Positions 52,781 to 64,000 of a DNA stretch of 64,000 nt are shown here, in pieces. The notes under the pieces are model-generated. The model was given only the letters and a program-made list of their open reading frames with translations, did no database searches and was not told the origin of the DNA. Position numbers and translations under genes: made by a program. The stretch is taken from contig OX597815.1 in NCBI GenBank assembly GCA_951406725.2, positions 139,004,001 to 139,068,000 on the forward strand. The letters are read 5' to 3'. How positions within the stretch are numbered: position 1 is the stretch's first letter; every line of letters starts with the position of its first letter. The DNA comes from Octopus vulgaris. Lineage: Eukaryota.

Positions 52781-54832
52781 TCTATCATTTAAATTTCTTT
52801 CTCATTTAACACAGTCTTTATCTATTAAAATTGTTGTTGTTGTTCAGAACCGGCTCGGTCGATACCAAGCAGACTTGTGATCAAATCTGTTTCAGTCATT
52901 ATCTGAATATGTGATCTGATTTAACCTATCTTTTTAAGATATTGTGATTTCAGAGTAACTTAGCTTCTAATGTCAGTAGATTAAATGGCGGAGTGGAGGC
53001 TAACTTTCTAACACAGTTGTTAGTCTTTATAGTGATCTCTCTATTCAATAAGTGTCTTCTCTGCTCATGAATTTCTCAAAAATATTAACAGCGGCAATAA
53101 TTCAGTTTAATAACCTAAACAATGAAACCCACCAACCAACGTACTTAATTCAAAACACACCAACTATATTCCCAAGTCATCGACAGAAATGTTCTTACTA
53201 GAAGAATTAATAAATCAAATAAGTTGGTTTAAATATTGCCTTCACACGAATATGTCACATTCTTTTTTTTTTTTTTTCATTTAAAAACTTTTGTTATTTC
53301 AATATCGTGTGACAGAATCTAAGCTAGCTGTAAACTTTTCCCTTCACGAAAGTGAATTCAGGATACAGATGACAGATGCATCACCGCATTTCAGTCCCAA
53401 TTGATCAAATATAGGAATAGCATGATATCCGTTGAAAACATTAATTTCCAGAATGGATAGCAGTTAACGTATCACACATTTCCCTGTTTCATTTCTGTGA
53501 AAACTCTTTCATTACTTTCGTCTGTTGCGAAATTGCACGATTGATCAGATAATTTTAAAACAATTTCGCGTGCATTAAATCAAGCAACTGATCAAGCTGT
53601 TTAGATCATTAGATAAGCATGTGTAGTGTTTAGAACATTTAATTTGTAAACACGCAAGCGATTACTTAATTACTTTATAACTGTTTGTATGTGATTTTTT
53701 TCTATTTTATATTTGTATGTGGACCACATTACAATACCTTGTTTACAAGAAATTTTCAGACCTTGTAAAGAAATAAATAATATGAATAGATTCCAAAAAT
53801 AAATTAATATCGAGGCGAAGTTATTCCCGTCACAGGCTTGCGAGGTTTGATGTTTTGTGAGCGTTCCAATCAATCGATATTAAAACATATTTTATTATTC
53901 TAGAAAATGTTGTTTCTCCATATATAAAACATGAATTTCAATAAATATCATTTATATCGTATTCCTGTACTTCACTGGAGACCTTCCTACAAATTTAGTC
54001 TAGTACTGCAATTATCTACAAAAGGTATCATAAGCCTCACCCATGAAAAAGCCATTTAGCTAAATGTCAAAGCTTCAAACTCATCAATATGTTGTAAATC
54101 CTACCTCACATTTCATTTACATACAGAACTTACCCCAGGTACAGTACTAAGGCATTAGGTCAAAATTCCTTTACAGAGATGTAGAAGTCTACAATTTCTT
54201 CCTCACCCGCGTTTTCCGAGATGTTGATCTGCATTTTCTGTTAAATGCTGAATATAACTCAACAACTTTCACCATGTTTGTATTTTTATACGTGCTGGAT
54301 GAAAACAGTAAGATACATTCTGTACATTGTATATAGTCGAAACATAGATAGTAAACTTTTCTTAAAGTAACTGCTCAACAAGTTAATCGAATCTTGATCT
54401 TTTCTAACACAGATTCATGACGTATAGTCATCCAGGCTAAAATTTAAAGTAAAGAGATAATACTTATTAGATATTTGTAACCACAGATAAGCAATCTTTA
54501 GAAGCATCTATTTTATAGCTGTAAACAATCTCGTACATGATTTGATTATTTCTTCCTCTATATCCGTGCCACAATCTACATTCTGAGCAGGTCTTAACGT
54601 CTTCGTTATCGTTTACAGTAAACGCGCCATTTTAAAATATTTATTTCAAAATCAGGGATAGTTAAAAACAAAATATTTAATGACGTATTTTTCTCTAGCG
54701 TGATATTGTTAAGTGGTTTTATTACTTTCCTATTTCTATACTTAAATAAAACGGTTTCCGAGATATTCCTTCATTGTTTATGAGCCAAATTTCAAGCTTT
54801 TAAATTATGTGTGACCATTTGTTTGCTGCTGA

Positions 54833-55272
54833 AGCCGTGTTTCGTCTGCCGCTACGTTCTGAGTTCAAATTCCGCCGAGGTCGACTTTGCCTTTCATCCT
54901 TTTGGGGTCGATAAATTAAGTACCAGTCACGCACTGAGGTCGATGTAATCGAGTTAATCCGTTTGTCTGTCCTTCTTTGTCCCCTCTGTGTTTAGCCCCC
55001 TGTGGGTAGTAAAGAAATAGGTATTTCGTCCGTCTTTACGTTAGGCGGTGGGCTGGCAGAAACGTTAGCACACCTGGCGAAATGCTTAGCGGTATTTCGT
55101 CTGTCGCTACGTTCTGAGTTCAAATTCCACCGTGGTCGACATTGCCTTTCACCCTTTCGGGGTCGATTAAATAAGTACAAGTTACGCACTGGGATCGATA
55201 TAATCGACTTAATCCGTTTGTCTGTCCTTGTTTGTCCCTTCTGTGTGTAGCCCCTTTTAGGCAGTAAAGAAA
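54833..55272 (+). mobile_element. Tandem pair of family B SINEs (first copy 5'-truncated)
   Basis: ttcgtctg(c/t)cgctacgttctgagttcaaattcc… at ~54841 and ~55097, each ending gtaaagaaata. Confidence 0.9.
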
Positions 55273-56519
55273 TATTATAATTGATAGTTATTTAAATATT
55301 GGTATATACTTATACAATTTCCATGTAATCTATTCATAGGTGCGCTGTAAGAGTCTACAAAAGAAGGCCTACAAAGATTAGTGAAATTAAATCATCCAGA
55401 ACTGAGCAGCGTTTCCTCGCATCCCAAGTCTGCACATAGAATAGATCACCCGTTTCTTTCATAATGCATTCTCAACTCTGGGTTTATAATAAAAAGCAGT
55501 TGCTCAAATTGTCACATACCGATATCATATTCAAGATTAAGTGATGGTGACCCAACTAGCAGATAATACCAATAAATTAATACAAATGTAAATTAACAGA
55601 ACCCTTTGTAATTAATAGCTTCAAAACATTAAATATGTTGGCTATGTGATTCCCTGGTGAGTTAGTAGATTATCTGAAATGAACCAGATGCAATATTTTC
55701 TTTACAAGCCATGGTAAAAACTATTTTCCTTTTGTAAACATTGTGTTATCAGTTCATTTACGATAAAAACAAACAAACAAACATTAAATTAATTTAATAT
55801 AGTTGATTATATTTAGTTTGTTTATTTGGATGATTGATCGTTATTCAGCTTTAGAATGATTATATATGTAACAAATATTGATTAATAATTACCAGAATGT
55901 TCATTCATCATACTTCCTACAAGCACAATGTAAGATATTTCAACAAATCTCCAAGGTAGGTATAATTTATTAATCAAAAATATAGAATTATTTTTCCTTC
56001 AAGATTTAGATGTAAAGTGCCAATGTTTTAGCTGAAACACACTCTTCATTCTGCAAAAAAGTATTGAAAAAAATTGAAATGGTTGTACAGTTAAATTATA
56101 TTCAATTCGTTATCCTCGTCTTTAGATGCATTGTGCTCGTGTATCGTTGCCTCCCCAGTTTGTTATGAACCAAATTTTAAGACTTACAGAATGTGATAAC
56201 TTTATGATTCTATTTGTGATTAAAGTTTTTATGTAGTAGTGTTGTAGGCGATTAGTAATAATGGTAACCCTTCCCACGTGACGAGTGGAATGAGTCAGTT
56301 ACTATAAGTAAGGTGATGTCGGTCGGTGTCGACAGAATGCCTGTAGACTGTGTTAATAGTCGTGTCTGTACTGATATAGTAATTATACCATGATACCAAA
56401 TGGGTGTTAAAATAATCCAATCCTTTGTGGGTAATAACACTGTACGACCCCCCGTCGTATGGAGACAGTCTATCGACGACTACGGTTATATATGACAACA
56501 TAGAATGAACATAATAAAA

Positions 56520-56845
56520 CGCCAGAGAAAAGGTAAAAGAATAATAGTATGTCATTTCGATCTAAAGTTGGAAACGATACTCGCTACAGATGCTATTGAG
56601 TACGGCGTAGGAATCGTGCTCCTATACAAGTGTGACGATGGCAGTAGAAAGGCAGTAGCCCATGCGTCAAAGCTACTATTTCCAGCGGAAAAAGTTACAG
56701 TCAGATTGAAAAGGAGGCGTTGGCAATCATATTTGGTGTCAAGAAATTCCATAGGTTATTCCATTGAAGAGGTTTCTGATTGTATACAAACCATCACCTG
56801 TTGTTGAATGCAAACAAGGAATCCCAACGCATACAGCAAACAAAC
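56520..56845 (+). pseudogene. Ty3/Gypsy RNase H fragment
   Basis: HFDLKLETILATDAIEYGVGIVL…AVAHASKLLFPAEK, then after a frameshift SQIEKEALAIIFGVKKFHR. Confidence 0.85.
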
Positions 56846-58899
56846 TATAATGTTATCTGCAGGGAAGAAATATCATTGCAATCTACTTCCAAACACCAGA
56901 AATAAATCAACAACTACTGCAAAATTATTAATGCAAATATTTAAATGGAAGCAAATTATTCTCATCAGTGTCAGAGAAGCTTCGACTAGATTAAACCATA
57001 ACACTAATTAGTGAGAATCAATTAGTATATAGGTATTATCATATGAACAGTAGAGTTCAGCTCACATCATAACGTTTGTATTGTACTATGCTCATAGTAA
57101 AAACAATTTAGTAGTCGATCTTCCGGTGCAACTCAGTTTAATTATCACGTTTCGTTATGTTGTATATTAAGTGGCTGCTATTTCTAGGCCTGTTTTTGTA
57201 ATATGCACCACTTGAAGATGAACTTTTGAACCTCTACTGCGTCTATTAGATTTATGTAATTATTGATATAAGACAAAGGTTAACTTTCACACCATCACCT
57301 CTTTCTGTCTCATTTATTTGTACTATGCTGATAATGACATACATTAACTTTTCTAATGAAAAGAATCGTGTTTAATTTTTCACTTAACAGTCTGTTTTCT
57401 GTAGTCATTTCAGTGTTTACAAGAAATTAATATAACGTGTACAATGTTCGTGAACTTCTTCATGATTGTTACTGACAGGGTAATATAATGTAATGGAAAA
57501 TTCTACATTGTTTTGCATATTATCAAACAATGCTAAGAGTACGTAAGGTGACAACAGATAATTGATCAGTTTACCTCAGAAACAAAGTTGCCATTTTCAG
57601 TGTAATTCATTTTGAAAATTTTAATTGCGCAAAGTGTTTCTATATTAAACTATGCTGACAGCAAGCTCATGACCTCAAGGGCGTCTAGTTAAGATTGAAC
57701 ATGCACATCGTTGAATTACTTCACTCGAACAATATAATTAATCAGTCCAAGTGAACTAAATTTAATCTCTTGTATATTGTGAAATATGTTTGTGAATATT
57801 TTATAGACAACCTAAGTTTAATTATCACCCAAGTCACTGGTTAATGATAAGAATTTCTGAAATAATTATGCAAATTACTGTAGAGTAATATTAGAATAAG
57901 AGCCTACACTGTTAGCAGTAAGAGATTTATAGATTTAAATTGAATTTTGAAAATAATTAAAGAACTAATCTTCATCTAAGACAATATTCCTACCAAATTT
58001 CTTTCTATTCGATATTATCCATTATCTACATACAAATTTATATTAACACTTAATACTCTTAATTAAAGTTTGGATAGTTCGTCTCATGTTTTATTGTCTA
58101 AACTATTATTACCTTCGCACGGTTGTTTTATTCATATAGGAATGAATTCTTTGATACTATCAGACTACCAGACTACAGATGTGTATAGTTAAGCGTAAAA
58201 TTAAAATTATAAAATACATTTTGTATTTTACTGTCACAAAATTATCCTGCCACAAATCCCGTATGGTATATTTCACTAAACAGGGAAGTCTGAATTGTGT
58301 TGCAAACCTGCTTCTTCAGAAGAAACTTGTATACTTACACAATTGCTTGCCTTATACACAGTAGTGAACCACGAATATATTTGCTGAAACCTTATATGAG
58401 AGAAGAATCTGGGTATTTAAACGTAACGTTATCAATCCAGAGGGTTGGTTATGAAGTAAAAAGAAATTTTAACAGAGCAATTGGCATGAAGTAAAAACTG
58501 CAAAATAATCTTCACAAAAAATGTCTGCTTACCCTGCAAGAAGAAAGAGACAGAAAATAATTATTTTACCACGACCATCTCGCATTACAATATGTTATTA
58601 ATAAAAAACAAATATATTTGCCGTTTCAACTGCCATTGTCATTAACATAATCTCAAATTTCAAATCAAACGTCAAGCTTAAACACTTATTTTTATCTGTC
58701 TTTTGTTATTGTTGACACGTCTAGTATGACAATCCCAAGGTCATTTACCAGTAGCAGGAACAATAAGCGTTTACAAAATGAAATATACTTTTTTCATAGA
58801 TACAAGTACGTTTCAAAATATTGTTCGCTTATTTTACAGGAAGTAAAAGGTTACTAGATTGCAGGACAAGATTTTTCTTGTAGAGAGTACACTTTCCAG

Positions 58900-59320
58900 C
58901 TAATGATATTAAAGATAATGGTTTCAAAATTTGACAGGAGGCAAGTAATTTCGGGTGAGGAGCAAGTCGGTTACATAGTGATTATTTTATCGATCCTAGA
59001 AAGATAAAAGACAAAGAAAGGATAAGCGGAATTTGAATATAGAATGTAAAGTCGGAAGAAATGCCACAAAGCATTTTTTCCGGTATGGTAATCATTCTAG
59101 CAGATCGAGGCCTTGTAATTCATTCTAATTTTTGGAACAAACCGGGCAATTTTGAGGAAATGGGAGAGTCGACATCTATCCTATTGTTCAACTGATATTT
59201 ATTTTATAAACGCTGAAAATATGGAAGGCAAAGTCGGCGTCGGAGGGATTTGAACTCATAACTTAAAGACGGATGAAATGCCGCTAAGCAGCTTATCCGG
59301 TGCGGTTACGATTCTGACGT
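58900..59320 (-). mobile_element. Two old family B SINE copies
   Basis: Reverse complements of gactttgccttc…ttcaaat and atgcttagcggcatttc at 59020-59100 and 59220-59320. Confidence 0.7.
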
Positions 59321-59385
59321 CTGAAGACGGTTACAATGCCAATGATTGTAGAAGCACTTGGAATGATCAAAAAAGGAACTGACTA
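59321..59385 (+). mobile_element. Tiny R4/Dong-type LINE fragment
   Basis: LKTVTMPMIVEALGMIKKGTD matches LKTETIPIIVGALGMIKK at 38310-38370. Confidence 0.6.
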
Positions 59386-60699
59386 TTATTTGAAAATGAT
59401 CCCTACCTTACCCTCCATGCAAGAAATACAAAAGATTGTTTTAACTCTTCCCACTCTGTCACACATTGAGTAGAACATTGTTGTTGTGAATTTTCTTTCT
59501 GTTTTCTCATTTATTTTCTTTGTATTCTTTTTTTCCTTTTCCCCTTTTTTCTTTTCTTTTTCCTTTATTCTTCCTTTCTTTCTATCATATAACTTGACGT
59601 TGTGAATGAACAATCTGGTGTGTTTATTTGAATGGCCTAACAATGTTTACAGTGAGTTTCTTTGCTCTAGGTGTCGGAGAGACACTTGACAAGAAATGGA
59701 AGCAAAATTGAAAGAATAAAAATAGAAATAATGATGATGATGATGATGAGGATGATGATGATGATGTTGATGATGATGATGTTGATTGTTTCTAGCACTC
59801 CGAGTAATTATGTGGAGAAGGGAGATTTATTTTATCGAATCTAAGAGAGATATTTTCTATAGTTAGTCCTTCATCGACATAAATTCAGACTTCATCTCAT
59901 CTTTTTCCAAACGTTCTTTCGGACTTTTCATCCCTCAGTTCTTCAATTGCTATACATAGAGCAGCAAAAACATGGTGGTGGTGAGCATACTCAATCTTGG
60001 ATTTTCTGTTTCTTTTCATTTTAGGTTTATTTTTCTATTTTGTGTGTTGGGGAATGTTTGCCCTTTTCCACTCCCTACTCCCATTCTTGCTCATCTCCCG
60101 TTCGATAGTATTCCTGGAAGGAATTCGTTGACTTCCCAGTCATCAGTGACTGACTTGAGGTAAAAGTGTGTTATTAGGCAATCCTTGGATCTACTTGCCC
60201 TGTTGTGGAGTTGGTGGTATTTTCTGCATTTTTTCTATGCGATTTATTTTCTCCTTGTTCCTCTTCCTACGGAAGGCTCATATGACTTAGACAGGGATAA
60301 GGGTATTTCCCTATATGTATGTGTATGTCTCTGTTTGTGCTTGTAGTAGGTGGAAGAATACGAGCAGGAGAAGAGAAAGTGTTGATTTGTAATCTCCCCT
60401 TGTTGGCAATTATTTTGTGAAAGTCTTTATTTCTCACCACTTCAGTTGCTGCTGCAGACATATTTCGTAGTAATGCTACTGGTGCTCCTACTGTTGCTAT
60501 TTCTATAGTTTCTACTGTGATTGTAGCTGTTGTTGCTATGGGTGGTGTTTATGTAGATGCTGCTAATATAGCTCCTTGTTTCCCTTGCTGCTTCTATTGT
60601 TACCGCTTTTGCTGTTACAGACTATTTGTATTGCTCTCGCAGCGATTAAGCCGGAACAGAGTGAACAACTTTTCCTATTTCCTGTTTGGGTTGCGTGGA

Positions 60700-61290
60700 A
60701 ATAAGACTCTAAATGATCAAATATTCATTAGAGGTGGCATCTGGATTGTTTACGCTCCATAGTTATTCTAAATTTCGGCCTATTCGGCAGATAGATGATA
60801 TCTGTGATCTTTCCATATGTCCATACTTTACATGGAAAAAGACCTCCAGCGTTGTCCCAAACTAGTTATCCCGCCTCATTTTCTTTGCATCCAATATTGT
60901 TGGGCTTTTCTCCCAACAATATGCAAAACAATATTCAGAAAATTGTAGCTCTGCTGGGACCATGGATCTCTTTACCGCTCTTCTTCCTCAATAAGGCAGA
61001 GTGCCAAATCCTCCCACTGGCAGGTGACCACTCAATGTTGTACTGGAAGGGCCTCAGTTTTATATAGGACCTCGACCCTATTAAGCTGGCTTTTCCTCGA
61101 TAAATATTTGATACATTGCTATACATCACATAGAACAATTTATACGTGTGTCTTCGGGGGTCATCTCCAGGTGACGACTTGTCAGTCTCATGCAACAATA
61201 TATAAAAAGTTACAGTTTCATGAGGGGTTCACAAGCTTTGTTCTTCTCCCCTTAATTTTCGAAAATTCAGCGGTGTCTTCTAATTTCGCG
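60700..61290 (-). mobile_element. Possible highly decayed LINE (RTE-like) RT C-terminus
   Basis: Only scattered similarity (VEVLYKTE; KRSMVP-ELQF; WEK). Weak. Confidence 0.3.
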
Positions 61291-61351
61291 CTCTAATATT
61301 CAAATGAGAGACTACTGTTTTCGTGTGTCGAATACCTCAGTAAAGCAAGTC

Positions 61352-61739
61352 TTGCTGTTGTTGCTCTTGGGCGAACGGTCTTCGTCCCAGATCTCGCAAG
61401 ATGGGAGAAGTCCAAAACGTGGTCTTTTGCTATTCGTAAGAGCCGCAGAAGAGATAGCAGGTCAACCCCCGACACCGAGAGCATCGACGGATGGGTGAAT
61501 GCGCATCCAGTCTCAGCGGTTGCGTAGGAAGTCGGGGGACAAGAAACAGGAAGAAAGAGTGAGAGAAATTTGGAGCAAAAGAGTACAACAGGGGTCGCCC
61601 CCCCCCCCCTGCCGGAGTCTCGTGGAGCATTAGGTGTTTTCGCCCAATAAACACACACAACGCCCGGTCTGGGAATCGAAACCGCGATCCTCTGACCACG
61701 AGTCCGCTACTCTAACCATTGGGCCATTGCGCCTCCACT
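61352..61739 (-). mobile_element. tRNA-derived SINE, family D
   Basis: Head gtggaggcgcaatggcccaatggttagagtagcggactcgtggtcagaggatcgcggtttcgattccc, GC-rich body, short (CAA)n tail. Confidence 0.82.
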
Positions 61740-62572
61740 GTTGTTGCTGTTAATGTTTTAGGTGGTGGTGCTGTTGCTTTTGTCGCTGTTATCGTTGCTG
61801 ATGTTGAAATTGCTGTTGCTATTGCTGTAAGTGTGCTGTTGCCTTTGCTGCTACAGCTACTGTTGTCGTTGCTAATGCAGCCTCTGCTACTACACCTTTC
61901 CATTATTTGTCGTTGCTATTGCAACTACCACTGTTGCTTTCATTGTTGCTGCATTTCCTTAATGATGCTGTTATTTATTTATTTATTTATTTATTTTGCT
62001 GCTACTGTCCTTTGTCATTATAGCAGTGGTGCATTTTCCGAACTTTGAACATTCAGTACTAAAAAATACCTCCTCCTTTTCTATGAACATCATGCCTTGC
62101 TCCCTACTATTTGCTACTTTTAATACTATTACTTTCGTTAATGTTGCTGTTGTGGTTACTGTTGTTGTTGTTGTTATCAGTATTTTAATTTGCAGCTCCA
62201 ACAATAATACATTTACTTGAACTTTGACCTTTCAACATCTAAAAATCCGTCTCCTATTTTCCCCCCTTCCACGTGGTGCTCTGTATCCACGTTTGCAGTT
62301 CACCTCCTACTTCTACATTCAGTTTGCTGAATGTGGATCCCGACGGCGTGTTTGTGAAAAAAATGTGTTTATAAACAAAATAAAAAGAGATTTCCCAACA
62401 AATTTGTGTTTCAAAGGATGAGAAGAAACAAAGAGCTTACCGAGCATATTCTGAGTTGTGGTTGGTTAAACAAATATCATATATTAAAATTTCAACAGTT
62501 AACTTTTGCACATATTAGCAGACGAACAGTTTTACGAGCGCCTCGATGAGAAGTGTTGCTGACGCCACAATA

Positions 62573-62638
<66 letters not shown>

Positions 62639-62949
62639 GTGATGATGGTGGTGGTGGTGGTGGTGATGGTGATGATGATATGCTCTGATGCAGTATCAAG
62701 CAATGGCTCTCATGATTTCTGATTTTAACTGATTGGAAGTGTTAACATGTATATATTTTTTCTTAGTGTAAAATATTGGTTACACTAAATATTCTGGTCC
62801 AATAGAGTTGATTTGCTTGTCAGATGCTAAATCTTAACCATTTGAGCAAGTCTCTTAGTAGCTGACGATATGTGCATCTCTGATCACGAGCAGGAATAGT
62901 TGAGGAATATCATAGCCATGTGGGTTACTCTAAATATTCTGCTCATTAC

Positions 62950-63574
62950 CGTTGATTACAAAGTAGCCCAAAACCTCCACTGGCTACTATGCCGTAAGTA
63001 TGGATATGAGGTTACGGGTGCTCGATGCCAACATACACCGGAAAAGGTAATGGACGAAAAGGGGAAGACAAAAATCCTTTGGGACTTTGATTTGAAGACG
63101 GCGAAGTGTTAGAGCACCAAAGGCCGGATATTGTAACCTTTAGGTGGGACAAACAAGATTGCTTAATAATCGATGTAGCAGTACCAGGAGGTCAATACAT
63201 CATCAGGAAAGAAAGGGAAAAAGTTGATAAATATGGAAACCTAAGAATTCGGATCACTAACATGTGACACCTACAAGAGTTGAGCTCAAAGGTTATCCCG
63301 ATTGACATCGGATCAGTGGGTTCAATACCACCCAATCTGTAAAAAAAAAAAAAAAAAACATAACAAAAAAACAAGTGAAAACTTTAGATACCCTTCAATC
63401 TAGATGTATTGCAAAAGTCGGCATTACTTGGAACTGCACGCATATTGCGTAAAGTACTGGCTGTCCGTCTGAGGTCCTTGTTGTGACTTGGAAAACAGTA
63501 CAAACCCCGGTAGACACAATATTCTTCAATCAACAAGCTGACGATACTTTGCGACATACTTTGCGATGTCTGCG

Positions 63575-63640
<66 letters not shown>
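62950..63640 (+). mobile_element. 3' part of R4/Dong-type LINE (restriction-like endonuclease) with (TAA)n tail
   Basis: VAQNLHWLLCRKYG…HTPEKV…ILWDF, then RPDIV…IIDVAVP…KEREKVDKY…LQKSALLGTARILRKVL. Followed by (TAA)n from 63575. Confidence 0.9.
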
Positions 63641-63669
<29 letters not shown>

Positions 63670-64000
63670 AAAAGAAGAAGAAAAACAACAACAACAAAAA
63701 CCGTTAACGACTGTGGATATTTGACTGGTACCATAACTTTATTCATCCTGTTCATGATAGGACCTACCTCTCTTTAAAAATCATAATTAACTCTTCTGAA
63801 ATATCATATTACACGTAATATGATCGGCATTGCACAAAAAAATATTGTTACGTAGAAATATTTCGTAATATGAGAATTATTTTCTAAGAGTAAATAAACT
63901 AGAAAATACAGGAAAAAGAATATTCAGCTTACTGTCAGCCCGCCTTCTCACTTGGGTTCCTATTCTACTGGCAGGCGATGTTATTTTAGTAAATGACATA

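Noticed and set aside
54133-54250. Minus-strand coding exon with strong donor GGG|gtaagt
   Set aside because: All frames contain a stop before the donor. It could be a UTR or non-coding exon but is not supportable as CDS.
61665-61739. tRNA gene (also 21020-21092, 11082-11150 and 38470-38535)
   Set aside because: A/B boxes are present but the cloverleafs are imperfect and run into repeat bodies, so these are SINE heads.

Overview
This is AT-rich, microsatellite-dense eukaryotic DNA. The SINE, Penelope, Tc1/mariner and (TA)n/(TACA)n/(TAA)n landscape is typical of a cephalopod genome, most likely Octopus (inference). It contains no prokaryotic-style genes, rRNA or CRISPR, and most listed ORFs are translations of simple repeats. 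The recognisable content is mostly transposon relics: a Penelope-like element (PLE) with ~1.2-kb inverted arms around RT and GIY-YIG fragments, several further PLE fragments, a complete but decayed 3.7-kb Ty3/Gypsy element with a 5-bp TSD, a Tc1-like element with DD36E spacing, mariner and hAT remnants, R4/Dong-type LINE ends in (TAA)n, and at least four SINE families. The most striking signal is eight hammerhead ribozyme (HHR) motifs from about five sequence families. These include a tandem pair 468 nt apart (retrozyme-like) and one fused to a tRNA-like Pol III head. A tentative minus-strand host gene is also proposed (signal-peptide exon at ~25.0 kb joined to an exon at ~0.4 kb), along with unusual splice-signal juxtapositions. 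All calls were made by eye.
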